From the IMG/VR virus record IMGVR_UViG_3300012012_001842: 64,000 nucleotides of DNA; one strand, written 5' to 3'. Numbering within the stretch: the stretch's first letter is position 1; each line of letters starts with the position of its first letter. Positions 46,835 to 56,384 of this stretch are shown one piece after another. Below the pieces are notes generated by a model. The model was not told the DNA's origin, did not search any database, and was given only the letters and a program-made list of their open reading frames with translations. The DNA is from an uncultured virus (IMG/VR IMGVR_UViG_3300012012_001842) (Duplodnaviria; Heunggongvirae; Uroviricota; Caudoviricetes). Position numbers and translations under genes: made by a program.

Positions 46835-47635
46835 TTGATCAATGAAGTCCGCACGCTGCTGCTGAACAGAAACGGAGCCGGCTTGGATAGCCAGGACTTT
46901 GCGGCCGAGTTCGTGCCTGCGGAGTACGTCGCTGCCAACCTGCCGACGTCGCTGCTTCGTATACGTCAGTCGCTATTCGGCCGAAATCCGGATACTGACG
47001 GCCTGAACTACCGTCTGCGGCAGTTCACAGCACTGCTGCACGCCCCTGACATCGAGGCGTACACACGCCGACGTGATTCGCGTATCACCTACCCGACCGG
47101 ATCGCTGGCGGCGGTCGACGCGGCTTGCTTCCGCCAAAGTACCGGACTGAGCGTCGAGCAGTTGCGTGGAAGCGTGGCTGTCTCACTCGTGGGTGCCTTA
47201 CCGCAGGATCGCGACGGCCGTCTGCGTCGTTCGTGGTTGGTGACTGCGACGGACACAGACTTCGTCGATATCGACCCGTTGCAGTCCGGGTCCTCTCCGC
47301 AGAGTGCGGAGGTGACATGGAGTGAGTCGCTGTCGTCGTTGCTGCCGTTGCCTGGCGTGTCTGGTCTGTTCTTTCGTCTGGGCGGCACTTCGATTGTGCA
47401 ATCGACGATTTTCAGGATCACACTGTTGTCGGCGCCTGTGGTAGGGTTGGCTGACTTACCGGGGTTGGTGGAGGCGGTCTTGGACTCCGAATCTGAGCGG
47501 TTGCTGTTCCCGGCTCGCAGTGATCTGCCCTACCGTGCGTGGTGGTTCGACAGCTCGCAGCTGCACTTCCGCCTGTGCGGGCTGCTGCTCGCCCTCGCCG
47601 ACGCCACTGACGTCGTCCGCAAGCAGGGGGTGTAA
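46835..47635 (+). CDS. Hypothetical baseplate-region protein
   Basis: TTG start with GAGG RBS (MINEVRTLLLN). Confidence 0.55.
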   Translation: MINEVRTLLLNRNGAGLDSQDFAAEFVPAEYVAANLPTSLLRIRQSLFGRNPDTDGLNYRLRQFTALLHAPDIEAYTRRRDSRITYPTGSLAAVDAACFRQSTGLSVEQLRGSVAVSLVGALPQDRDGRLRRSWLVTATDTDFVDIDPLQSGSSPQSAEVTWSESLSSLLPLPGVSGLFFRLGGTSIVQSTIFRITLLSAPVVGLADLPGLVEAVLDSESERLLFPARSDLPYRAWWFDSSQLHFRLCGLLLALADATDVVRKQGV

Positions 47636-47637
47636 TC

Positions 47638-49263
47638 GTGGGTTGGTCCTCTATCAAAGTTCGAGGTCGCCTGCTGATTGGCGGTATTGGCGGTATTGGC
47701 GGTCACGAGTTCGACACCACCATGGCGTCGATCGCTTACGAATTGAACAGCATCCCACAAGCCACGTTTGCGGTGGAGATTGGTCGAAACGCTTCCAAGA
47801 AATTAGAGTCGGCCGCGATTCACGCGGCGGCTGGTTATCTATCCGCTGAGACGAAACTGAAGTACGAAGTCAAACTCGACTACATGGACGGCTCCGGAGT
47901 TCGTGACGACCTGCCGAAAGGCTGGACGACGCTGTTCGAGGGCTACCTCATTGGCGTGTCTTGGCAGAAGCTCTACGGCAACGCCCAAGTTTTGCTGCAC
48001 GCCAGGAACTGGCTGTTAGACATGGACTACTCGTCGGCGCTCAGTGACAGCAGTCATCCTACAAATCCAGCTCAGTTCAGTTTCAAATCCGTGTCCGCTC
48101 CAGCGGGTACAGGATTAAATGCAGTCGGCTACACGCCGCTGGCTGCTATGTCAAAGGCCGTCGGTTCTGGCATCCAAAACGACTTCTGGAAGGAGGGTCT
48201 CTACAAGCTGTTTAAGGTATTGACAAGTAGTGATCAAATCAACGCCGCAGAGGTGGGCATAACCGGAAGCGGCCCTAACAGCGTAGCCAACTCAGCATTG
48301 GATCGATTCGTGTCAACCGCCGGCCTCCCAGCCAACTACGTGCCGCTGAAATTCAATAGTCACGGTGCGGACGCAGGCCGTGTGACGACCGCCATCACAG
48401 ATCACATCAGCCAGCAATCGTTCGAGTCGTTCGCCAACACAACGCTCTGGGGCAAGCTGGTCGGTGAGTACGTCCCGCTCTACATGATTGCTGTCGTACC
48501 TCGTATCAGCGACGCCTTGGTTATTCCGTACGTACCTGGACTGAGGAGGACGCACGATAAGATGCTCAGCGGCGACGACTACGCTGTGGTAGCGTCCAAC
48601 TCGGAACTGCAACGCACGTTGCGCGGCGTGGGCGTATTCGCCGGTATCAGCTGGATGACCGGTGCCGACATGTCCCCTGGAGGATCTCCAAAGGCACAAG
48701 GCATCGGCGGTTGGTACTCGCCAAAAGACGCAAAGCGAGGCACGGTTCTGTTTCGCGAAGCGCCGCCGTGGCTGGCAGGTATGACCGTGCGTCACCCAAG
48801 CACGGCTAAGGCATGCGGCAGCGGCACGAGTCCGATCGGCACGGCGTTCACACCAGGGGAGTCGGCCTCCGCGGACGCACCAGCAGACGCCACGGCACCG
48901 GAGAACGTGGAGCGGAAAGCGAAAAAACTAGCAGACGCTTACGCCGAGTCCTTGTACGTCTACGAGCTGCTGCGATTGAGGCACGTCGAATTCGGCGGTA
49001 AGCTCCGCTTCGACATCGCCCCTGGCTCCACGATCAAGGCTGAGATGATCGGGGAGAAGTTCGTCGAAGAGGACAATCTGGCGCAAGACATCGTCGGCGA
49101 TGTGCTGCGCGTGTCGTACGTGTTCGACAGTGAGAATTCGCGAGCTTCGACCAATTTCAATCTGGCGCACGTCCGGACCGAGCAGGAGAATGCCAACGAG
49201 GGCTTCTCCTTGGAACATCATCCGTTGTGGCAAGAATCCTGGGCGGGAGCAGGCTTACTTTGA
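47638..49263 (+). CDS. Baseplate hub (gp27 / late control D-like)
   Basis: LNSIPQATF, LFEGYL.G, GKLRFDIAPGSTI, G.V.RVSY; synteny. Confidence 0.6.
   Translation: MGWSSIKVRGRLLIGGIGGIGGHEFDTTMASIAYELNSIPQATFAVEIGRNASKKLESAAIHAAAGYLSAETKLKYEVKLDYMDGSGVRDDLPKGWTTLFEGYLIGVSWQKLYGNAQVLLHARNWLLDMDYSSALSDSSHPTNPAQFSFKSVSAPAGTGLNAVGYTPLAAMSKAVGSGIQNDFWKEGLYKLFKVLTSSDQINAAEVGITGSGPNSVANSALDRFVSTAGLPANYVPLKFNSHGADAGRVTTAITDHISQQSFESFANTTLWGKLVGEYVPLYMIAVVPRISDALVIPYVPGLRRTHDKMLSGDDYAVVASNSELQRTLRGVGVFAGISWMTGADMSPGGSPKAQGIGGWYSPKDAKRGTVLFREAPPWLAGMTVRHPSTAKACGSGTSPIGTAFTPGESASADAPADATAPENVERKAKKLADAYAESLYVYELLRLRHVEFGGKLRFDIAPGSTIKAEMIGEKFVEEDNLAQDIVGDVLRVSYVFDSENSRASTNFNLAHVRTEQENANEGFSLEHHPLWQESWAGAGLL
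47677..47703 (+). repeat. 9-bp perfect tandem repeat x3 (IGG)
   Basis: attggcggt x3. Confidence 0.75.
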
Positions 49264-50057
49264 ATCCAGCAGACAACGACGATTTGTTTCAGCGGATGCT
49301 GTCGCCGCCGAAGGCCCCTAAACCCCAGGCCGCTAGCAGCCGCAATCGGCTGGAGCCGGAGTACGAACCGCACTTTACCGCCTGGAAAGCGGCTCCGTCC
49401 CCGCAGACCAACTCCAGCATGCTGAGAGCCATCTCGCCCATCATCGACTCGGCAGTAAAACCTTTGGGAGGGTCGCCGCTACTGTACGGACAGGCTCGAC
49501 GCATCGCCGTGCAGTCGTTGGCGGGGTACGACCCGGAGCGGGCCAGCCTTAAAACGCACCTGATGTCTCAGCTGCAGGGGCTGAAGCGATTGTCCGCCAA
49601 CCAGGACGAAATCATTCACGTCCCTGAACGTCAGCGTATGCAGCGCAAGCACCTGGCCGACACAGAACTCAACCTGCGAGACTCACTCGGGCGAGATCCA
49701 GACGACACAGAGCTGGCCGACGCATCCGGCGTCGGTGTTTCGCAGATCGTCAAATTGAGAAAACTGACACGTCCTGTGGCAGAGAGCGCTTTCGGATTCA
49801 ACGATGACACGGACGCCACGCCAGGCATGCAGAGTCGTCCGAACCTGACGTTGCTGCACTCGTTTGTGCGGGATGACATGTCACCGACAGATAGACTGGT
49901 GTTTGACTACGCCACCGGGGCCAACGGTCGTGATAAGCTGGAGCCACGAGAAATCGCCAGACGTCTGAGCATCACGCCTGGTGCTGTCAGTCAAAAACTG
50001 GCAGCTGTTCAAGCCCGGCTTAATGAGCTGGACGACCTGTCCTTGCTGGGAGAATGA
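49260..50057 (+). CDS. Sigma70-family RNA polymerase sigma factor
   Basis: Region 2 YDPERASLKTH, IIHVPE; region 3 LGRDPDDTELADASG; region 4 HTH MSPTDRLVF..G..EIARRLSITPGAVSQ; TTGA overlap with the hub stop. Confidence 0.85.
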   Translation: MNPADNDDLFQRMLSPPKAPKPQAASSRNRLEPEYEPHFTAWKAAPSPQTNSSMLRAISPIIDSAVKPLGGSPLLYGQARRIAVQSLAGYDPERASLKTHLMSQLQGLKRLSANQDEIIHVPERQRMQRKHLADTELNLRDSLGRDPDDTELADASGVGVSQIVKLRKLTRPVAESAFGFNDDTDATPGMQSRPNLTLLHSFVRDDMSPTDRLVFDYATGANGRDKLEPREIARRLSITPGAVSQKLAAVQARLNELDDLSLLGE

Positions 50058-50058
50058 C

Positions 50059-50487
50059 GTGTCTGCTGTAACTCACGACAAATTCAACGAGCGGCTCACC
50101 GATCTGGAGCACCAGGCTGCTGAGTTACGCAAAGCCGACGTGCTCGAACAGCAGAGGTTGTGGATGGTGCCGTCCGACTGGGTAGGTGACCCGTTCGACA
50201 TCCCTCAACAACACCTGCCGTCGTTCGATCGGAGCAAAATCAACAACAACTACTGCGAAATTCACTCCAGCGGGTCCAAAGCCGGCACTGTCGGTGAAGC
50301 AGCGTCGCTGAAGATTCAGCTCGACTACCTGTCTGTGATGGAGCGGGCCTTTCGCTCTCGACACGCCTCATCGGTTCGAGGTCAAATGCACTCGGCGGCG
50401 CGGCACGCTGGGCACGGTCACTCGCGTGGCGTGTTCGGTCGCGTCCGCGGCTACGCCCAGGACCTTTTGAAGGCGTCTGGATCTTGA
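50059..50487 (+). CDS. Hypothetical protein
   Basis: GTG at 50059 with GGGAG RBS. Confidence 0.55.
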   Translation: MSAVTHDKFNERLTDLEHQAAELRKADVLEQQRLWMVPSDWVGDPFDIPQQHLPSFDRSKINNNYCEIHSSGSKAGTVGEAASLKIQLDYLSVMERAFRSRHASSVRGQMHSAARHAGHGHSRGVFGRVRGYAQDLLKASGS

Positions 50488-50930
50488 TCAAAACCTACGA
50501 CATCGCCGCATTTGCACCCTCTGGCTCCTCCGCGAAGCCGGATTCGCAGCTGTTGTGGACTGAGACCGGGCAGGGGTTGGTAGTGACTGGAATCATCAAG
50601 CTCTCGCAGAGATTCCTGCTGGAGCTGCTCACCGTGCGCGGTTCAATGCCGTACGCACCGACACGAGGTTCGGTACTGCTGAATCGAGCCCGCGAAGGTC
50701 GAATTCGTAGCGAGATCGACGCCCACACGTACTTCCAGTATGCTGCAGGCCAGGTGCGGTCGACGCTGCTGTCCGAAGAAACAGCAGACGATCCGGCAAA
50801 TGAACGGTACGATTCTGTGGAAATCCTGAGCGTCTCGTTTGCCGCCGGTTGGGTGTCGTACAATATCAAGCTGTTGAGTTTGGCGGGGGAGGCCCGCACG
50901 CTGACGCTGCCGTTGGCCGTAATCCACTGA
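50484..50930 (+). CDS. Baseplate wedge gp25/gpW-like protein
   Basis: GIIKLSQRFLLELLT.RGS.PY.P.RGS; precedes the J-like gene. Confidence 0.7.
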   Translation: MIKTYDIAAFAPSGSSAKPDSQLLWTETGQGLVVTGIIKLSQRFLLELLTVRGSMPYAPTRGSVLLNRAREGRIRSEIDAHTYFQYAAGQVRSTLLSEETADDPANERYDSVEILSVSFAAGWVSYNIKLLSLAGEARTLTLPLAVIH

Positions 50931-50944
50931 CATGGACGTCACAC

Positions 50945-52567
50945 ATGCCCGTCGCCGTCGAACACTTCTCAGAGATTTCGCAGGAACAGTACGACCGAGC
51001 GTTCGCCACCGTGGCTCAGATCGTCGGCGAAGCCCATCCCGATCTTGATCTGCGGCGTGGCGTGATCCACGACGTTGTACTGACGCTGCACGGCGTACTG
51101 ACGGCGTCTCTACGTGTTGAACGTGAGCGAATGCTGAAAGCGAACAGCTTGCTGGCCGTGACGAGAGATCCAACGCTCTCTGACGCTGAGACGCTGGACC
51201 GACTGTTCTCGAACTACCGCATTTCCCGTCGCGACGGTCAGCAGGCGGTCGGCTCGGTGACGCTCATTCTCTCCAAGCCGACCACGACGGTGATCCCGCA
51301 GGGGTTTGTCTTCTCAGCCGGATCTCGCAAGTTTGCCACCGAGTCCAGTTTCGCCGCCAGGCTGTCGGAAGCCGACGTGTTGTCCGACACAGATCGCGTG
51401 TTGGTGGCGCAGGCAGACGGTAGCTTCTCATTTGGCATCGACGTCATAGCTGTAGATGTCGGCGAATTGGGCATGCTGCGGCAGGGTGAAACCGTCACCC
51501 CGGTCAAATCCGTACTGCACCTCGTCAAAGGCTACGCTTCGGCTGATTTCTCTGGCGGGCAGGATGCGGAGATGACGGCGGGTATGCTGCAGCGGCTGGA
51601 GCTGGGGTTGTCTGCCAGAAGCTGGTCCAATCGCAGCGGCATTGCTTCTCTGGTGCGGGACGAGAAAGAGTTCGCCGACGCCGAGGTGTCCGTGATTGGC
51701 GCTGGTGACGCGGAGATGCTCCGCGACAAACACTCAGCCTTTCCAATTTCGCACGGCAACCGTGTCGATCTGTATGTCAAACAACGCCGACCTCCGGCCA
51801 TCGCCACAGCTTCTCTGGCGGCCGTCTTCATCGGTAACACGGCTAACGGACCGCAATGGTCAGTCAACCTCGGACGAAACGACCTGCCTGGTGTCTACGC
51901 CGTCGTGTCCCTGTTGAGAACCGGCCGCGACGCTTTCTCATCCGTCGCACCCTCCAGTTTTGTTAGGTCTTACAACTCCGCGGTCGGAGACCCGGACATC
52001 ATCAACGCGATTGAATCCAGCTTCAGCGTCTACCAGTCCGGCGTGGTGACTTTTGTGGACGCGGCAAACGCCGGCGAGACGTTGACGCCTGGTGTTTCGA
52101 CAGCGACCTACAGTGTGACAGGACTGCTGCTCCGAAACCTGGCAGCTATACAGGCTTCGCTCAACGCGAGGGGCGTCTCTGCTCTGGCTGGTGACGTTGT
52201 TGTTCGTGGTGCTGTGCCGTGTTTCGTTTCCGTGGAGCTGGAACTGAAAGCGGACGCCGTACTGACAATCGATTCTGCGAGAATTGCGTCCGTGGTGGCA
52301 ACCATGGTCAACCGTGACGGGTTCAGCGGCGCTGTTTACGCTTCGCGAATTTCGGCTGCGGTGTCGCCGTACCTGCCAGCCGGAGCTGAGTTGCTGCGAG
52401 TCAGGCTGTCCGGCATTGTCTTTCGACCGGACGGCTCAAAAACGCTGTTTCGTGACCGGGAGGTTCTGGCAGCTCCGAACGAACCAGCCAAGATGACGAC
52501 GTCCAAAACTGTGGCCTTCTTCCTCGATCCATCCGACGTGTCTGTGAACATCATCTCCAATGGCTGA
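50945..52567 (+). CDS. Baseplate J-like wedge protein
   Basis: DLRRGVIHD, LDRLFSNYRISR..G..A.G.V, VIPQG..F, FSGGQDAE. Confidence 0.75.
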   Translation: MPVAVEHFSEISQEQYDRAFATVAQIVGEAHPDLDLRRGVIHDVVLTLHGVLTASLRVERERMLKANSLLAVTRDPTLSDAETLDRLFSNYRISRRDGQQAVGSVTLILSKPTTTVIPQGFVFSAGSRKFATESSFAARLSEADVLSDTDRVLVAQADGSFSFGIDVIAVDVGELGMLRQGETVTPVKSVLHLVKGYASADFSGGQDAEMTAGMLQRLELGLSARSWSNRSGIASLVRDEKEFADAEVSVIGAGDAEMLRDKHSAFPISHGNRVDLYVKQRRPPAIATASLAAVFIGNTANGPQWSVNLGRNDLPGVYAVVSLLRTGRDAFSSVAPSSFVRSYNSAVGDPDIINAIESSFSVYQSGVVTFVDAANAGETLTPGVSTATYSVTGLLLRNLAAIQASLNARGVSALAGDVVVRGAVPCFVSVELELKADAVLTIDSARIASVVATMVNRDGFSGAVYASRISAAVSPYLPAGAELLRVRLSGIVFRPDGSKTLFRDREVLAAPNEPAKMTTSKTVAFFLDPSDVSVNIISNG

Positions 52568-54032
52568 TCGCATCGACGACTCGCAGGCAATCTCCACTCT
52601 ACCTGGCTCGTTTTGGACAGAAACGTACGCAGGTCACAGCCAGGTTACGTCCATTTGCGACGCAGTCGCGGAGGCAGGGCGACAGTCCTTGGTGACCGCC
52701 GAAGAGCTGGCAGCCTCGACTGGTCGCGAGAGTGCCTTGCCCTACCGGAGGACAACGTGGCACCCTCTGACGCTGAAACTTTCCGAATTGAACGCCAGCC
52801 GCGCCGCGTTGCTTCGATTCGGAGACGGGGCTGTGCTCGGGCCGCAGTCGGACGGTTCCCGGTACTACTTCGGTGTCAGCAGGCAGACGTACTACACGTT
52901 TCCAACGCCGACAAACCTGAAACGATTCTCCTACGCCGCTACACGAATCTCCTCGCCCGGCCGCGTGTGGCTCGTTGGTGTGGACGTGCTATTCGATCAC
53001 GAGCGATCCTTGCTGCTGTTTCTCGACAATCCTCTGGACGAGCCGACAGCGGCTGTCAGCTCCGTGTTTCACAATTCTGACCTGTCGGACGCTTCTCTGA
53101 CTCTGTGGTTGGCTGATGCCGAATTCGATCACGGCGACGTCTACGAGCAGCACGGGTTTGTGTTTGGCATGCCACCACAGCAGGACAGCGCGTGGCAGCA
53201 GCCTGGGTTGATCGCGCTGGCTGACAACGTCGTGGGCGGTACCAATCTGTCTGACTTCATGGCTTTGTTGTCAGCCGGAACCGGAGTACCGCTGACGACC
53301 GAAGCCGAGGTCGTGGAACACATCGTTGAAGACCGTCACGGCGTCGCTGTGGTTACAGACAAAAACTGCCATCGGTTGCCGGCCGGTTCGGCTTCGACGG
53401 TTGCTGTTGGTGACACGCTGCTGGCCGGTACGTTTGTTGGGAGTGGCGTACGTGTCGCCACGTTCCAGAACGGGATTGTCCCAGCCTGGCTGAATGCGAT
53501 CGCGATAGGCCGGGGACTTTTAGACAGGTCAATCGCCGGCGAATTTCTGCTGCAAAACGCCGACGTTCCGTTCATCACACAAACTACGTCCGGCTCGCCT
53601 GTTTCCCGGTTCGAGATCGGCGGACTTCCTGCGGAATCCGCCGCCTTCTTTAGAGAAGTACACACCCGCCTGGCGGCGAATGAGTCGTCGCTGTTCGACG
53701 TCGTCGGAAATTGGCAAGGTGAGGACTATCCAACGATCATCAACCCGTTGGCGTTTTTCGCCGACCAGTGGTTTCGCTGCTCGCTGGTTGTCGTACATTT
53801 GACTCAGGCGTCGCTGCGGTCGAAGGGTGTGTCGCATTTACGGCTGCTGCCTCGCGTGTTTCCTCCGCACCTGCTCTTGCTGGTGGTAATAGACTTACGC
53901 CCGCCGGTGTCCGACTTTATACTGCCGCAGACGGCTTCGATCGGTGGTTTTTCCGCCGCTGTCAAACAAACGGCCTCCGGTACTGCGGGCGAGATCGTCT
54001 CCAGCCGTCGGTACGTGACCAACTGCGCCTGA
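52560..54032 (+). CDS. Baseplate wedge (gpI-like position) protein
   Basis: Follows the J-like gene; synteny only. Confidence 0.5.
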   Translation: MADRIDDSQAISTLPGSFWTETYAGHSQVTSICDAVAEAGRQSLVTAEELAASTGRESALPYRRTTWHPLTLKLSELNASRAALLRFGDGAVLGPQSDGSRYYFGVSRQTYYTFPTPTNLKRFSYAATRISSPGRVWLVGVDVLFDHERSLLLFLDNPLDEPTAAVSSVFHNSDLSDASLTLWLADAEFDHGDVYEQHGFVFGMPPQQDSAWQQPGLIALADNVVGGTNLSDFMALLSAGTGVPLTTEAEVVEHIVEDRHGVAVVTDKNCHRLPAGSASTVAVGDTLLAGTFVGSGVRVATFQNGIVPAWLNAIAIGRGLLDRSIAGEFLLQNADVPFITQTTSGSPVSRFEIGGLPAESAAFFREVHTRLAANESSLFDVVGNWQGEDYPTIINPLAFFADQWFRCSLVVVHLTQASLRSKGVSHLRLLPRVFPPHLLLLVVIDLRPPVSDFILPQTASIGGFSAAVKQTASGTAGEIVSSRRYVTNCA

Positions 54033-54048
54033 ACACGGATGTAAACGC

Positions 54049-54579
54049 ATGTCTGCGACACTGCTGGCCTCTTGGGGATACGCCGCCGCCAAAGCCCTCG
54101 GGGATGGCGGGCTGCAGTGGCGCGCTCGCAAGGTCTACATCGAGTTCGAGAACGTGGTCAGTCCATCTAATCCGGTATCCGTGCCGGCGGTGGCGGCTTT
54201 GGACGAGACACACGGAGCGGCGTACTACGCCGGTCTGTCCAGCTCCGCCACGCGAGACTTCCTTCGAGTCGACTTGCTGGCTGCCCCTTTACTGGGTGTC
54301 GCTGCCGGCTACGAAGGCTACTTCCCCGAGGGACACGGCAACGTGTTGCGGCTGTTTGCACAAACGGCCGGCATCGTCGGATTCCACGGACGCACATTCT
54401 CCGACACAGCCAACAGTAAAGTCTGTGGCGTGGCGCTGGTCGTAGCCCCGGCTGAGCTGGACCAGACACAGGATGTTGTCATCATGCGGTCCTACTACAG
54501 CACCGGCGAGCAGATTCTGAAGCTGCCTAACTCGCAGATCGGCGTCTCACTCGAAATTCCGTTCATTCTGCCGGACTGA
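54049..54579 (+). CDS. Tail/baseplate-associated protein
   Basis: 176-aa ORF; synteny. Confidence 0.5.
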   Translation: MSATLLASWGYAAAKALGDGGLQWRARKVYIEFENVVSPSNPVSVPAVAALDETHGAAYYAGLSSSATRDFLRVDLLAAPLLGVAAGYEGYFPEGHGNVLRLFAQTAGIVGFHGRTFSDTANSKVCGVALVVAPAELDQTQDVVIMRSYYSTGEQILKLPNSQIGVSLEIPFILPD

Positions 54580-54597
54580 CATTGGAAGGGACTTCGC

Positions 54598-56382
54598 ATG
54601 GCGGGTTGGCTGGAACGAATTCAACACCTGATCGACGGCGAGCCGGTGGACGCTGGCGCGACGGGGCGTCCAGATCGTCAACTCGATCAGAACCTGCAGC
54701 ATCTAAAAGATCTGCTGGAACTGTCGTTGGTTGGACAAGCCCTGGTAGCCCGAGACGTGACAGTGTCGCCGGACGTACTGCTTGGCCAGCCTGTATTCTG
54801 GAACGCCACAAGCGATCGCGCGGAGCGGGCGTTGGCCAAGGTTGAATACGACACTGAGCTTGGTACGCTCGTCGCAGCGGCTGAGGCGGAAGTGCTGGGC
54901 GTGGTGTTGTCCAAGTCTGGCTCGACGTTGGCGGACATCGTCATCGTAGGTTGGGTGGACCTGGACATCTCCAACGCAGTGACTGGCGACACAGAGTCTG
55001 GACGCTATTACCTGTCCGGCAGCAATCCAGGACATTTGACTCGGTCGAGACCGTCTCTGTCTGTGCCTGTTCTGTTTGCGGACGGGCACGGAAAAGCGCT
55101 CGTATTGCCGATCGCCCGCAACTGGATGGAAGATCACGGACACTTCCGTTTTGGTTTGGTCTGCGCTCCAGCAGGCGACCACACGCCTCCGTCGAGCGGC
55201 AACCCGCACACGATTACCGACGCGGACGCTGATCTCGCCGGCTGGTTGCCAGCCGCACACGCCAGCTTCAACGGAAACGCTCCAGCAGGGGCTAGGTTTG
55301 GCTACAACATACCCGCGCATCCAGCCTTGTCTCGCGTTTGGCCTCCGCTGCCGGAGTCGTCCGCCTCGTTGACGTGGGACCGCGGCCAGAACCAAGTCGG
55401 TGGCACGGAAGTCCCCCTCGGCGAGCACGGCCAAGCGGTGATCGACAAACACGGCATCTGGTGGATGACCAACTGTTACAGCGACGTTCCATGGCCTACC
55501 GACTTCACGTTCGCTGACGGTGAAGACTCGGAGATTATCGATCCACCCAGCACTTGCCCGCGACCGGAAATCATGCGGCTGAGCCTGAACTTCTCCCGGA
55601 CGCTTTTCGACGCTGCCAGAACCGTCGTGACCAGCCTGGTTGCCAAGCCTGGCGGAATTGTGCGCGTCTACGGCTGCGACGGGCTGGTGGCAAGCACCGG
55701 AGATTTGACAGTTGACGCGTTGTTGTCACTGTCCATTCTGAACAACGACGAGCCGGGCTTTCTGGTGATCAAGGGCATCGACGAGGACAGCAAATTTCTA
55801 CGCGGTCCGGTGGTTGAGGGCGTCGTAGTCGCCGGTACCGGCCTCGTGGCCACATCAACTGGCTCGGAGGTCGTTCTCGGCACCACTGTACACCGTGGAA
55901 GAATTTCTCTCACCGCGGCGCTCACGCCTGCGGACAAGGAACTCGCGCCTACGGTTGTGCGTCTCAGCGACGCCAAGGAACGATTTGAGAACGAGATTCC
56001 CTACGTCGGCTTTCCGTCTGGTTACATGTCGTCCGTGCGGGTGAGTTTCAACGTGCCTCCGGACGGCGTGGCTGTCGATTCCCCGCTCACGTTCAATCTC
56101 GTGGTCCTCGGCACACAGGCTGGTCAGCTGCCAAACCTAGAAGTGTCGTACCGCGTCATTCCGGCGGCCTCTGGCACCCCTCAAACCGTGCCTGCGACGG
56201 ACACAGCACTCACGCCTCCGGCCACGACGCCGCTCGTCTCGGCCAATCAGTACCTGGCAATCGCGATGCCGTCAATTGAAGTCAATCCAGGTGACACTGT
56301 GTTGCTGGATGTCGGCCGCGGGAGTGACGGTTACGGCGGAGAAATCGGTTTGATCCGTGTCTCCGCAGTGTTGGGGGGCTAA
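54598..56382 (+). CDS. Virion structural (tail fibre proximal/baseplate) protein
   Basis: DGEPVDAG..RP..QL..N..LK N-terminus typical of fibre-attachment proteins; GRYYLS..PG.LT. Confidence 0.55.
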   Translation: MAGWLERIQHLIDGEPVDAGATGRPDRQLDQNLQHLKDLLELSLVGQALVARDVTVSPDVLLGQPVFWNATSDRAERALAKVEYDTELGTLVAAAEAEVLGVVLSKSGSTLADIVIVGWVDLDISNAVTGDTESGRYYLSGSNPGHLTRSRPSLSVPVLFADGHGKALVLPIARNWMEDHGHFRFGLVCAPAGDHTPPSSGNPHTITDADADLAGWLPAAHASFNGNAPAGARFGYNIPAHPALSRVWPPLPESSASLTWDRGQNQVGGTEVPLGEHGQAVIDKHGIWWMTNCYSDVPWPTDFTFADGEDSEIIDPPSTCPRPEIMRLSLNFSRTLFDAARTVVTSLVAKPGGIVRVYGCDGLVASTGDLTVDALLSLSILNNDEPGFLVIKGIDEDSKFLRGPVVEGVVVAGTGLVATSTGSEVVLGTTVHRGRISLTAALTPADKELAPTVVRLSDAKERFENEIPYVGFPSGYMSSVRVSFNVPPDGVAVDSPLTFNLVVLGTQAGQLPNLEVSYRVIPAASGTPQTVPATDTALTPPATTPLVSANQYLAIAMPSIEVNPGDTVLLDVGRGSDGYGGEIGLIRVSAVLGG

Positions 56383-56384
56383 GC

